From: Nemertoderma westbladi
Taxonomy: Eukaryota > Animalia > Xenacoelomorpha
Assembly (NCBI GenBank): GCA_032718475.1
Contig: JAUCBJ010007580.1
Coordinates: 124,001-188,000, forward strand
DNA: 64,000 nucleotides
Reading direction: 5' to 3'
How positions within the stretch are numbered: the first letter of the stretch is position 1; each line of letters opens with the position of its first letter. The notes beneath the pieces were generated by a model, which was not told the origin of the DNA, did no database searches, and saw nothing but the letters and a program-made list of their open reading frames with translations. Below, piece after piece: positions 41,186 to 53,590 of this stretch. Position numbers and translations under genes: made by a program.

Positions 41186-42406
41186 ATGAGCGCAGGAGGA
41201 CCCCAACTATCAGAGGCAGAGCCAGAGAGGACACCACCGCGGATCCCGGACGATACCAACCAAACGATCTGCAAGGCCGCGACGCGACGGTACCGACCTG
41301 TAACGCCGGATTCGCCGATGAGGGACGATCCGGCACCCCAAGCGGAGGGCGGCCTTCTACAACGAGGAAGGGACGAGTCGACGCACGACGGCGGTCGGAA
41401 TACCGAAGTCGCCGGCCAGCCACAGGCCGAGGGCGATGGGTGGCCCACCGGAACGGCGATGGTGGGGCCGCTGGTACGACGCCGAACCAGGAGAGGAGGA
41501 GGAGATTTCGGCGAAGAGGACGTCGGGACCAGCGATCGGCTTCGACGGGCCTACAACTCCACCAAGAAACTGTTGAGGGAGGCCAAAGAGGGAGAGAAGG
41601 TAAACCAGGGGAAGTTGAGCCAGCGGCTAGGTGAGTCGAATAAACATTTCAGATATCTAGTCCGTTTCGGGCAGGGAGAATTGGCGAGTGAGAGAGCGAG
41701 GGGGGTCGCCACCGAACTATTTGAACTGCGGCGATCCGGGGTTATGGAGCCTGATGTGGTGTACATAGGGCCATATTTAGTGGATGCTAGGGGAATTAAG
41801 TTAGTGGGTTGGGCAGATCCGCATGAGGGCGAACCCGAGGTTAACCCCGAGGATTCGGTCTTGTCGGTTAGCGATAACCCCAGAAAGCGGGGGAAAATTA
41901 GTAGGACAGAGAGGCGACGGGAATCCGTTGAGACGATTAAGTCCGCTACATCCTCCGCGAAAGCAAGAAGGGTGTTAGAGATAGATCTGGCGTGTCAATT
42001 AGACATGGTGGCGCTAGACCAGAAAGAGTTAGAGAGGCAGTTGGATGAGGGGACTGCGCTGTTAGAGAAAGAGAGGGAGTTGGCGAGGGAGTGTAGAGAG
42101 AGAGCCGAGAGGGTAGCGAGAAATTGTAGAGAGCAAGAAGAGAGAGAGGTAGAGGAACGTAAGGAGCGAGAAATGAGAGTAGAGAATGAGCGTAAAGAGC
42201 GAGAGACGAAAGTAGAGAACGAACATAGAGAGCGAGAAGCGAGAGTAGATAGCGAGGGTAGAGAGCGGGTGGTGAGAGAAACAGAGTTGGCGAACCAGAG
42301 TTTGCGAGAGGATAGAGAAAGAGAGAGGGCGGGAAAGCGTATACGGGATGATATGCATGCCCGGTTAAGGGGGCTTATGCAATACCAGGCAAAGCAGAAG
42401 CGCTGA
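41186..42406 (+). CDS. N-terminal gag-like ORF of the BEL/Pao element with an E/R-rich coiled coil
   Basis: 406-aa ORF starting ~95 bp after the PBS. The SVKSxxSS-like segment (TIKSATSSAKARR) followed by a charged coiled coil is typical of BEL gag N-termini. Confidence 0.6.
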   Translation: MSAGGPQLSEAEPERTPPRIPDDTNQTICKAATRRYRPVTPDSPMRDDPAPQAEGGLLQRGRDESTHDGGRNTEVAGQPQAEGDGWPTGTAMVGPLVRRRTRRGGGDFGEEDVGTSDRLRRAYNSTKKLLREAKEGEKVNQGKLSQRLGESNKHFRYLVRFGQGELASERARGVATELFELRRSGVMEPDVVYIGPYLVDARGIKLVGWADPHEGEPEVNPEDSVLSVSDNPRKRGKISRTERRRESVETIKSATSSAKARRVLEIDLACQLDMVALDQKELERQLDEGTALLEKERELARECRERAERVARNCREQEEREVEERKEREMRVENERKERETKVENEHREREARVDSEGRERVVRETELANQSLREDRERERAGKRIRDDMHARLRGLMQYQAKQKR

Positions 42407-44379
42407 TTAGTACTGGCGCAGTTGGGACTATCAGAGAGTGAGGCTGGCTCAGGTAGTATTTACGAGGAGCCAGAAGTAATGGAAAGGTTTGTTAATATCC
42501 CACTTACAGGCACCGGACGACAGAACCAGAACTGGTGTAACCGTACTGGCGGGGGGTAATAATAATACGTTAGAAGAAATTAATATCAATAGTACCGTAG
42601 CCAGATAACCCTAACCAAACTTCCATTCCAGGAAATAATGCTTTATCCGGTAATTCTAATTTAAATACAAATAATCCAAATAATAATATTAATTTAAATG
42701 ATACAGAATAATAATTCTAATTCAAATATTCAAAATAATCTACAGAATACTTTAAATTCAAATATAGCAATAATTCGAATAATAATTCTAATTTAAACTC
42801 TGAGCAGAATAATTCATAATTCTAATTTGAATAATTTAGAAAATAATAATATTGATAACGGGGCTATTAATACTAATATAGGAGACACAGGTGGTCCAGC
42901 CAACAGCAGCCTGCAAGGCCACCTAGTTAGGCACGGAGTAGCAGGGGTGAGTGACCCCGACGGGAGCCTGCAAGGCCACGTAGTTAGGCAGGGAGCAGCG
43001 GGGGTGAGTCAACCCGACGGGAGCCTGCCAGGCCACGCAGTTGCACAGGGAGAGGCGGGGGTGAGCAGACCCAGCCGCAGTAGAGACAGTGCGTCGACTA
43101 GAGAGGGGTGTAGAAGCGAAGTAAGAGGTAGCGAAGTAAGGAGTGGCGAGTGGGGGGGGGCTACGGGCGCCCCACCATGGAAGATTAGTGGCGAGAGAGG
43201 GGGGCAGAGAATGCCCCGCAAGAGGGGCGTAGAAGCGAGGTAAGAGATAGTGAAGTAAGAAGCAGCGGGTGGGGGGGGGGGGGGGGGCTACGGACACCCC
43301 ACCACGAGAGATTAGTAGCGAGAGGGGGGGGGGGGGGGCAGAGAATGTCCCACAGGCGTCGGCGGATAATGCGCGGGGCGAGATAGGTGAACCGCGGCAC
43401 CCGACGACGGAGAATAGTAGGGGGATGCTGAGTATCTCCAGGAGCGTCCAGGCAGACAGAGAGAGAGATATTAGTGCCGAGAGCGGGCGAGGGACGAGAT
43501 GTCGAGCCCAGTCAGAAGAGAGAAGAAGAATAGTAGAGTTTAAATGGAGGTCGAAGAGAGAAGAAGTGGAGAGAATAGAAGAATCGTTGCTACGAGCGAC
43601 CAGAGAGCTAGGATGGATAGCGAGCCGTCATTAGTAGAGATGGAGTTAGGGAGTCAGTGGGGTCGAACTCCGGGAGATTGCCGTCGCCCCGGAGAGACGC
43701 ACCGCACACTAAGAGAAGGGTACAGGACGTACCGATTCGAGGACGAGAACAGGAGAGGGGATCGAAGGGAAACTTCCCGACGGGATACAGCTGCCGATCG
43801 AGAGTACGGTAGTCGCGGGGAGGACGCTTCTCGAATTATTCGAGAAGGTTAAACTTCGGTCCGGGAGGGCACATGCAGACTGCAGGACATACTGTAGGCC
43901 TTACTGCACATACTATAGGCCATGCTGGAAGAGATAGTGTAGGCGATAGGGATAGCGCGAACAACGGGATTAGATCCGGAAGTCGCGGAGTACATACCGG
44001 TAGGTAGGCAAGAAGTGGCTAGGCCTATATCGGTACCAGCACAGCAGCATGACTATAATATGCAGGGACATAACATATATCCAGGGGAGGGGAGAGTTAT
44101 TGCAGATAGGTGTATGGGCCCCAATATATTAACATCAACCTCAGTTCCAAACATACCGGTGGGGGGGGGGGGGGCAGGGTGGCATTCCCCATTACAATAT
44201 CAACAATACACTCAAAACAGGAATAAGAATATTGAATCCCCTGGACGAGAACAGGTCTTGCGACACGGAAATATGGAGGGGGCCATTACCCCCAATGATA
44301 TATCCGACGCAAGTAAAGTCAACAGGCCCGACGGGCGGACCGCACACAGGAGAATCTGTACAGCATTCCTCGAACCCAT

Positions 44380-45470
44380 TGGAAGCACAGGCAATGGGAA
44401 TGGCGACACTTATCGATGCACTCAAGACCAGAATCGAATTACCACCTGTAGAGCCATTTACATTCGACGGAAGCAGACCGGAAGAATACCTGCAATTCCG
44501 ACGCATGTACAGATACGAGATATTAAGTAAGAACCTGACGTAGGCGGAGTGCCTAAAATATTTACAGGTATATACAGGAGACCCGGCGTACGACATCGTG
44601 AGGCAATATCAGGGCATCGAGGGCGGCTTCACGACTGCATGGCGGGCCCTAGACAGGGAATACAGACACCCAGCCAAAATCATCTGGCAGACCTTAAGGG
44701 GTATAACATCGGGTGATCTACAGGATAACCCTGTTAGCATAAAGAAGTTTGCGAACAAGGTCGAGAAGGCGTTAATCGTGCTGAAAACATTAGATGCGCC
44801 ATACGAACTCAATGCATCTAATAATATCACCACGATAGCGCAGGCACTGCCGATCTGGCTACGGAGCAAGTGGAGCAAGATCGCCTTCTCCACTCGGGAG
44901 AAGAAAGGTGCGGAACCGGACTTAGAGGAAATGTCGAACTTCCTCAACTACGAAGCAGAGTTGATCACAGACCCAGTCTACAGTGAGGATAGTTTGGGCA
45001 AGGCGCTGAAGACCGAATACAACAGGCCTAAACCCGAACATAATCCGACAGACCCATTCCCGAGAGTGAGACAGTCACTACCACACGCGGCCACACAGGG
45101 GGCTACAGCTAACTGTGGGCTTCACAGTTAGCTGGGAGTAGGGCCACACCGTGGCAGGGACAGAAAGAAAATAACATCACGAACAAACATAATCCCAACA
45201 TACCCAGTAGGCCGAGTAAAGATAACCAAAACACTAAATCGGTAGATATAAACCTATGCGCGATACGTGAGGGACTATACAGGGAACGCTACAATCCAGG
45301 ATTCGAACATCAATTGCATAGGGATGGAACCCATAAGACCATGAGTTTACCATAGACCATTTGCAAGCGTTGCCTAAACAAGATCGTGTAGCCTACACAG
45401 ACGCAAATGGACTATGTCATTGATGCGTGGTAGAAGGACACAGATCCGGAGAGTGTAGAGATTCACCAAT
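44380..45470 (+). pseudogene. BEL/Pao gag core (DUF1759-like) and decayed Zn knuckle
   Basis: IELPPVEPFTFDGSRPEEYLQF...LKYLQVYTGDPAYDIV...AWRALDREY...LPIWLRSKW...DPVYS. LCH*CVVEGHRSGEC lies near 45410. Interrupted by stops and frameshifts. Confidence 0.8.
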
Positions 45471-46686
45471 AGGAGAGGATGAGACTGGAGGCCAAAGAAT
45501 GGCTACAAGCACGACTGGAGCAAGAAGAAAGAGGAAAGTACTACTCGGGGTAGTGCCAGTGAAGATAACAGGAAGGGGCGGCCGATCAGTCACAACATTA
45601 ATGCTGGTCGACAGTGGAGCAGCCTTCACGCTGGTGGAGAATTGGGTGGCCAAGGAGATAGGGTTACAGACGAGGCTGAGTAGGTTGGCGGTAACTACTA
45701 TCTCGAGTAAGGATGAGGTCCTGGAGATGAGGACAGGACGGTGCGAGATATCAGCGATTGCACCGGGATGTGACTATGGGGCGACCATAGACCCCATTCA
45801 GATCATAGAATCGACCAATATTAATGCCAGGAGACCAACTAACATCGAGGTCGAGCAGTACCGGTTCCTGGACGATATCGATTTTTCAATACGGGAGGTG
45901 GATGTCTCGAAGGTATCCATCATAGTGGGTATGGACTGCCCGACTGCCCACGAAAGAGTACAGACGATCTTCGGGGAAGACAGACAGCAGGATCCGACAG
46001 CGATTCTCACGCCGTTCGGATGGATGCTTAGTGGCCCAATTAAAACCAAGATTCCACAAAGGGTGTCGGAGACATCAGTGTGCATGCTACCAGGCACCGT
46101 TAAGGACATAGAGGAGAAACCAGAGATGGTAGATAAGCTAGAAGGAGAAGTAACAGCAAGAGAGTGGGCGGAGGAGAATGGATTCAATGCGGAAGACTTA
46201 GAGACAATGGGATGGAAGAAGGATGTTCCCAGCAAGTATCAGTATGGGGATGGAGAGGAGTGGACGGTGAGATGTCCGGAGGACAACAGTCCGGAGGAGT
46301 GTCCTGAGGAGTGTCCGGAGGAATGTCCGGAGGAGTGTCCAGAGGAGTGTCCAGAAGAGACGCCGGTCCGGTTGAGAGGCATACCGAGAAGGGGAAAGTT
46401 GAGTAAGAAGACAGGGTGGAGAGGGATAGGATTACTTTTGTCCATTCTGTTTTATATATTCTTCCGATTTCTTTTCATTCTACCAGCAGGCGAAGACCAG
46501 ATGAAGGGTGGCATTTTGCTGCCAGAAGATGTGGAAGTTAAGAAGGCGGAGGAGAGACCCGATTTTAGGGTGGCGGAAGAGGGAGAACCAATTCCTGGTG
46601 AGTTGGAATTAGCGAGGAAAGTGGGTCGAAAGATAAGAGGACGTACAGGGGGGCAGCGGGACAGTGCCTCCTGGAAGAATCGATAG
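45427..46686 (+). CDS. BEL/Pao aspartic protease followed by an atypical acidic (CPEE)n and hydrophobic tail
   Basis: VLLGVVPVKI...LMLVDSGAAFTLV, IIVGMD, PTAILTPFGWMLSGP. No RT, RNase H or integrase follows. Confidence 0.8.
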   Translation: MVEGHRSGECRDSPIGEDETGGQRMATSTTGARRKRKVLLGVVPVKITGRGGRSVTTLMLVDSGAAFTLVENWVAKEIGLQTRLSRLAVTTISSKDEVLEMRTGRCEISAIAPGCDYGATIDPIQIIESTNINARRPTNIEVEQYRFLDDIDFSIREVDVSKVSIIVGMDCPTAHERVQTIFGEDRQQDPTAILTPFGWMLSGPIKTKIPQRVSETSVCMLPGTVKDIEEKPEMVDKLEGEVTAREWAEENGFNAEDLETMGWKKDVPSKYQYGDGEEWTVRCPEDNSPEECPEECPEECPEECPEECPEETPVRLRGIPRRGKLSKKTGWRGIGLLLSILFYIFFRFLFILPAGEDQMKGGILLPEDVEVKKAEERPDFRVAEEGEPIPGELELARKVGRKIRGRTGGQRDSASWKNR

Positions 46687-46789
46687 AAGATCGAGGAATC
46701 CCTTGAAGTTTAAGTCGTCCAAATGTGTTGGACTGAGGGGGGTGGGAATGAGGGTGAGACGCCCTTCCCACACGAATAAGAAATATAAA

Positions 46790-47640
46790 TAATAAAAATA
46801 ATTAAAATAATAAAATAAGTAGAAAGTTAGTAGAAGTCAGATAGTAAGTAGAAAGTTAGAAATTAATAGTTAGTAGAAGTTAGATAGTAAGTAGAAGTTA
46901 GTAAGAAAGTTAGTAAGTAGCTAGAAAGTTAGTTAGAAGCTAGTAAGAAGTTAGAAGTAGGCAGATTAGGGAGTGTGGTATATAGACATACCACAGGAGT
47001 AGAGGGGTACGTGGTACTGTTAGAAGTAGGCAGATTAGGGAGTGTGGTATATAAACATACCACGGGAGTAGAGGGGTACGTAGTACCATTAGAAGTAGGC
47101 AGTAAGGGAGTGTATTATATTGACATGCCATGAGTAGTAGCAGAGGGGTTGTGGGCACCGGAAGCGCCACGTAGAAGTAGTAGTAGAGAGGTTGTGGGCA
47201 CTGAAAGCGCCATGTAGATAGAGGTAGTGGCAGAGTGGTTGTGGGCACCGAAAGCGCCACGTAGTTAGAAGAGTTAGTAGAGTTAGAGAGTTGGAGAGTT
47301 AGTAGAGAGTAAGAGGGTTAGTAGAGTTAGTAGAGTCAATATAGTTAGTATAGTTAGTATAGTTAGTATAGTTAGTAAAGTTAGCAGAGTTAGTAGAGTG
47401 AAGAAGTAAGTAGTAAGTAGCAAGTAAAGTAGTAAGTAAGAATGATAATAGCACAGAAGGGAGGAGATATTGAGAGGAGGTGTTGGCGCATGAGAGAGTG
47501 CAGACGAGTGCAATTAAAGTGTGGGGAGCGAGTAGTGAGAGAGAGAGAGAGTAAGGGACATAGAGGTCTGAGGGTGAGAGAGAGTAGAGTGGAGTTAGAG
47601 TGGAGCCGAGGTGGAGTTAGAGTGAGAAGTTAGAGTTCAG
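46790..47640 (+). repeat. Purine-rich low-complexity (AGT/AGAAGT-like) tract with short tandem duplications inside the LTR element
   Basis: AGTTAGTAGA and ATAGTTAGT iterations, a ~70-bp duplication at ~46950-47110, and GTTGTGGGCAC three times. Confidence 0.8.
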
Positions 47641-47894
47641 GGTGAGGGAGTGTTTAAAATTGTGTGAGGATTCCACAATTGTCTCAAACAGAGACGCAAG
47701 ATGTCTTGGTGCAACTTAGGTTGCGGTTGCACCAAGAAGGGGTAGTAATATCATACCCAGAGGGAGCGGCCTGGAAAGCCGACTCCGAGAAGAGAACTCC
47801 ACCCCACACCCAATAGTAGATCGGGTTCCAGCGGAATTGAAGCGCACTTAGAGGTGATGCTATCTTCTCACCAGGAAGATAGCATGGGGGGGAG

Positions 47895-48077
47895 TGTGAG
47901 CGGATTCAATTCCGCCGCATTATCCTCATAAAGTTGGGAAGTGGCACCTTTTCAGCAATATTGGAGATACGAGATGGATAACAACCAATCTCGTATCACA
48001 ACCAATAAGCGGGGACAACACAAACCCCCAAAGCCACACAAAGGGAGGTTAGATGTCAAACCACCTCGGAAGGGAAA
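47895..48077 (+). repeat. Truncated 3' LTR
   Basis: Matches the first 183 bp of the 5' LTR and then breaks off at GGGAAA. Confidence 0.85.
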
Positions 48078-48246
48078 TTAATATCGAAAGAATATCGTCA
48101 CTACTCTCTCAAAAACAAAACACTTAAATGAAGCCCGCGTGGTGCTCGAGCATTGGCAGCATCTGCTTACTCCAACCTGTGTACTGATGTCTCATCTCAT
48201 GCTAATAGCTGAGCTACACAGTACTGCAGTATAGCTGTATTGCATA

Positions 48247-49767
48247 ATGCTGCACTCTGTTCCTGACAGCAATGCTGTCCCTGTCAGTCAGCGACGTAAT
48301 TCTTCTATTGACCAATCTGTTAGAAATAAATGTACCAGTAACGGTACTGGTAATGATAAAAGTATATCAGATTCCTCCAGTGTATCAGATATAGATATGC
48401 CACCCACTGACACTAATAACCAGTGGGCAGAGAATAAGGTAGACGATGAGGTGGATCTTAGTGCCAGTTCTCCGGTAATCATACTTAATCCTTTCTTGTC
48501 CTTTCTCCTACAATGCACTTCTACCTGTACCTATGAGGTCGGGAGAGCAGCCTGTCTTAAACGTTTCACAGCGGAGGAGATTTGGAAGGCTAAAGTCCTA
48601 CTATTTACGAGAGTGGAGATGGGTAGCGAGCTGAAGAATCATCGTGACACGCCTAACCGCAGTGCGAGTGAGGCCAACGTTATAGACTCATGGGATAAAC
48701 TTCGGGAGTTGGATCAATGTGATAAGTTGCCTGTGATCGCAGTGGAGGCTCTAGATGCCTTGTTGTTGCCTTCCCTCCCTCCGACGAATAGTTCAGTCTC
48801 CAATGATGTACGGGAAGCGCTACAGTCTGCGAGTCTCTCAGTTCTAGACGATAAAATCCATGGTTTGGATACGAATATTAAGGATCAGATGAAGGCATTG
48901 GAGACCACCTTCATGTCAGAAATAATTAAGGTTAGCCGTAAATTGGAAACACTGTCAGCTTCTGGGTTCGTTAGGTCCTCGGATCTGGTGGATAGGGCTT
49001 CCACTTCAGGTACCGGTACCAGAAGTACCAGTAGGCAGACTGCTTTGGGGGGTACCGGTGACGCCCCATGTCTCGTTGATCCTCCCCCGGCGGGTCGGCC
49101 CTCGTTTAGGGACGTTGTGAATTCCACCCAATCACGTCAGTTCGCGCAGCCCGCGCAGTATCAGAGAGGTAATTATAGTGCAGGAAATATGTATTCCTCG
49201 AGTGTCGGAAATCGCCCCTCCGGTAGGTTGAACCCAAGTCGAGGCTATTACTCACCTCTGGCCACACCCAATAGATCTCCGGCAACATCGTTTGGGGTTA
49301 GGGGAAGTGCGAAACGCCCACGTCCGAATTCCAATGAGGAGGAAGATCGGGAGGTGGAAGAAGTTGCGGATGGAGGCAGTCAGTGGAGAACGCAACCCCC
49401 ACGTCGACAACGTAAACCGATGGTTGTAGGTACTAAAGGGAGTCCGGTAGGAGCTGGTGACGATTCGTGACCCCGGTTACGAGCGGCGCCTTCTGAGGTT
49501 TTCGTTTTCCGATGCTCTCCAGATACTACCGAATCTGATATTGTAGATTGTCTGAAGTCCCAAGATATACAGGTAGTCTCTAATGGTGTGGAGAAGGTGT
49601 CGATTCCGGATGCGCGCTCCGCGAGTTTTTGTGTCTCGCTCCGTTCAAATAAGTTGGAGGCAGTGTTGAACCCCGCAACATGGCCTTCAGGTGTGTGTGT
49701 TCGAGAGTGGACCTACCGCAGTGCTGGGTTTCGTGCTCCCGATGGGCAACAGGGGTCCAACCGGTAA
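48247..49767 (+). pseudogene. LINE ORF1 with one in-frame stop (49468-49470) before the RRM-like C-terminus
   Basis: FTAEEIWKAKVLLF...LPSLPP N-terminal domain. The same frame continues EVFVFRCSPDTTESDIVDCL...WPSGVCVREW to TAA 49765-49767. Confidence 0.75.
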
Positions 49768-49800
49768 TATGCTAATTCAAATCTGTTCTAAAAACTAAAT

Positions 49801-52301
49801 ATGGCGTCACAAACTAAGTCATCAAACTCGGCGCGAAACGGTAATATTATTACTGTGACTTCGTACAATTCCACGGGGCTGGGAATTGATAAAGTAGAAT
49901 TTATTAAAACACTTTTGTTAGGGTCTGACATTATATGTCTCCAAGAACATTTTTTGCTGAGTGATAATTGCAAAAAGTTCAAGAATTTAATTCCAGATTG
50001 CGATTTTTATTCAATACCAGCCGCATATTTGAGGGATGAAGTGTGCCAAGGTAGGCCCAGCGGTGGGCTCTGCATTTTGTGGAAAAAATCTATATCGAAA
50101 TATGTATCTATTGTGCATACAAATAATAGGAGGCTACAGGCTGTCAATTTAAATTTTCCAAATGCTACATTTACCTTACTTAATAGTTATTTTCCTGTTG
50201 ATGTACAAACCAGCACTACTGTGTCCGACGAGTTATTTATTTTGCTTAACGATATTACGGTTGCTATTGATAATTTACTGTCTAATAGTATTATATGGGC
50301 GGGTGATTTGAATGCGGATTTAAACCATAATACTATTCATGTAAGCGGGGTTAAGGAGTTAAATGATAAATTGTCATTACTACATGTATGGAATGTTTTC
50401 CCAATCAATTATACATACATATTTATGACTGACGGTATAATTCGTCGCTTGACGATAGATCATTTTTTGGTTAGCTATAACATTATGAATGCATGCGTAG
50501 AGGCAGATGTTATACATCATGGTGCTAATCTGTCATGTCATAGCCCAGTTTATTTTAAATTTCATGTTGATGATTTAAATTTAAAAGCGGTACCGGATGT
50601 TACGCCACTGAAATGCTGTTATGATAAGGCGAGTCCGGATCAGAAGCTTAATTTCCAGAGTGAGTTATCTGATCGCCTTAGCAATATTGAGTTAGATTCA
50701 CAGTGCTTAAATTGTAATAATCTATTATGCTCCGTGCCGGAACATCCCTTTTCATTGAAAAATATACATTAACAATTTTAGAGGCTATTAACGACGCTGC
50801 ACAAAGTTTACCGCACACAGGTGGCGGGAGTAGTTCCTCTTCGAAACGTTCTCCACCAGTTCCTGGATGGAACGAACAGGTTAAACAATTCAGGATAGAC
50901 GCAATGTTCTGGTACGATGTTTGGAAAGCTGCTGGTAGTCCCACCGGCAGTAGTAGTTATCTTTTTCACATGCGACGTACGAGCCGCGCACAGTATCAGT
51001 ACGCAGTTCGTAGGCTTAAAAGGTCACAGGACTCGATTAAGCGGGATAAACTGTTACACGCTTGTTTGAGTGGTAATATTAATATTTTTAATGAAATTAA
51101 ACAATTTAGAGGTAACCAGCATTTCCAATCAAATTCTATTAATGGTGTAACTAATCCTACTGAAATTTCAAATATTTTTGCAAATATCTATTCGACTTTA
51201 TATAATCAAGATTATATTGTGGATATTTCTATTGGTGATATCGAAAATAAATTACAAGACACATTGCGCAATCTGAATGATAATAATGATTTTAGAACTA
51301 ATTATAGCAACTGTGCAGGTTTTCGTGAAATGTTATCACCTCGTATTTTACACGAAGCCTTGTTAAGATTAAAAAATAACAAGTCCGATGTGAGTTACCG
51401 TTTTGATTCAGGCGCTTTAATTCACGGTGGTATTTTACTTGAGCAACATTTGTCAACTTTATTTAATGCTTTTCTATCACACGGTAATGTTTCTAAATGT
51501 CTACTGTACATTTCCTTTATTCCGATTGTAAAAAGTAAATTGGGTGACCTATCGGCAGACAGTAATTATAGAGCGATAGCTATATCGTCGCTAATCTTAA
51601 AGGTATTTCCGACAAGGGTCTGTTTGCTCGCCAATACTCTTCTGTATTGTTTTGAATATACTTATTAAATCCTTACGTAATTGTAAAGTAGGATGTTGTA
51701 TTGGTAGCCAGTATTTTGGGGTTCTAGCCTACGCTGATGATGTGCTTTTGCTTTGCCCTTCTGTGATAGGTTTACAATATATGATAGACATTTGTAAAAA
51801 ATTTTGTAGTGCATTTAATTTACGTCTAAGTACCAATGCTGATGTAGCTAAATGTAAGTGCAAATGCATCCCTTTTGGTTTTTCATGGAATCCCCCACAG
51901 CGGAAACTTTTTATTAATAATATTTTGCTGCCTTGGGTAAAAGATGCAATTCATCTAGGAATTACTCTAGATTTCAAGTGCACTTTAAATTTCGATATTC
52001 TACGTAAAAGAGGTCAGTTTGTTGGAAAGCTGAATAATATCAGACAAGAATTCGGTTTTGCACATCCAAGTAATGTTACAAAATTACAGAAATTATATGC
52101 TATGTCGTTCTACGGTAGCTGTACTTGGAACCTTTGGTCAGACGAATGTCGTCGAATTTTAACTAGTTGGAATACGAATGTACGAATTTTATGTCGCCTT
52201 CCTTTTAACGCGCACAGATTTATTGTTCAGGATGTTGTGGGTTTTTTGCACCCTTGGGTGATACTATGTAAAAATTTTGTATCTTTTTGTAACTCAATTT
52301 G
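49801..52301 (+). pseudogene. LINE ORF2 (APE-RT), frameshifted and internally deleted
   Basis: APE motifs SYNSTG, ICLQEH, GRPSGG, WAGDLNAD, TIDHF, SCHSPV. RT motifs NYRAIAISS, RQGSVCSPILF, LAYADDVLL. At ~51605 the sequence jumps from LILKVF directly to RQG, so the DxxxAFD region is missing. Confidence 0.85.
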
Positions 52302-52378
52302 TGGGGCGAGCCACGAAGTTGGCGGAGCCTTAGCGAATTGACACTGTTAGGGGGTGGGTCAATTTATGCAAATAGTTG

Positions 52379-52440
<62 letters not shown>

Positions 52441-53590
52441 GTCGTTACGATTTTGACATGCTAATAACTTTGTCGGATTTAAAGCTGCCAAGTTGAAAAT
52501 TTGTAGGTATCAATATGAGCAAAAGTTGAGATTTTTGAGAGACTTTCAGACACCATCAGTGCAATGGTCTCCCGCTAGAGGGCCACATGTCTAAACATTA
52601 AATGGCCACCCATTTCTTTGCTTTTAATCCGTTTAAGCTGAAACTTGGGAAGTATGTACTAGACCATTAGCTGTAAATTTCAAAGGAGGCTAATCTGTCT
52701 GCAGTTCTCCAGTCTGCCGCTAGAGGGCGAAATGTCCCGAATGTGAAATTATTCTTCCATTTAGTTGTTTATGATCTGATTACGCTGAAACTTGTCATAT
52801 ATGTACTAGATGACATCCTGAGTCTTTGTGTGGATTGTAATCGGTCCGAAGTTTTCCAGTCTGCCGGTAGAGGGCCACATGTCTAAACATTAAATGGCCA
52901 CCCATTTCTTTGCTTTTAATCCGTTTAAGCTGAAACTTGGGAAGTATGTACTAGACCATTAGCTGTAAATTTCAAAGGAGGCTAATCTGTCTGCAGTTCT
53001 CCAGTCTGCCGCTAGAGGGCGAAATGTCCCGAATGTGAAATTATTCTTCCATTTAGTTGTTTATGATCTGATTACGCTGAAACTTGTCATATATGTACTA
53101 GAAGACATCCTAAGTCTTTGTGTGGACAGTAATCGGTCCGGAGTTTTCGAGTCTGCCGCTAGAGGGCGAAATGTAGGAAAGTGATAACCTTCGCAAATTC
53201 CTTGATCTTAATCTATTTAAGCTGAATTTTGGAATATACAGTACCGGTATGTACTAGACCACATGCCTCGTCTTTGTGAGGAAGGTGATCGATCCGTAGT
53301 TCTTTAATATGCCGCTAGAGGGCTAAATGTATGAAAGTGAAAACCTTCCAACATTTCGTTATTTATGATCCGTCAATCGGAAACTTGGTAGATATGTAAT
53401 AGACCATAGGCTGTGGCTTTGTAGGGAAACTAATCCTTCCTTCTTCAGTTACCCAGTCTCCCGCTAGAGGGTTAACGTTTTCCGGGAAAATCTTCTCCTA
53501 TGTTTTTATAATCCTTTCGAGTTGATACTTAGCATTAACTCATTTCACGTGCTGCGCGAAGGCCCCACTTCGTGTAAATAATAGTTTAAT
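52302..53590. mobile_element. Non-autonomous Helentron/DINE-1/pearl-like element with microsatellite and internal ~146-bp tandem repeats
   Basis: Subterminal inverted repeat CACGAAGT (~52312) / ACTTCGTG (~53567) and (GTC)n at 52377-52445. Seven CCG(C/G)TAGAGGG anchors occur at 52572, 52717, 52864, 53009, 53156, 53312 and 53461. Confidence 0.65.

Larger units (their letters stand above)
40536..48077 (+). mobile_element. Degenerate non-autonomous BEL/Pao LTR retrotransposon (gag-protease only)
   Basis: Direct repeats 40536-40718 and 47895-48077 (183 bp, about 7 mismatches by eye). PPT GGGGGGGAG precedes the 3' LTR. Candidate PBS TGGTGAAGCG at 41091 follows ...CA. BEL-type gag and protease motifs lie inside. 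Confidence 0.85.

Noticed and set aside
52299-52496. Poly-Arg ORF
   Set aside because: It is a translation of the (GTC)n microsatellite.
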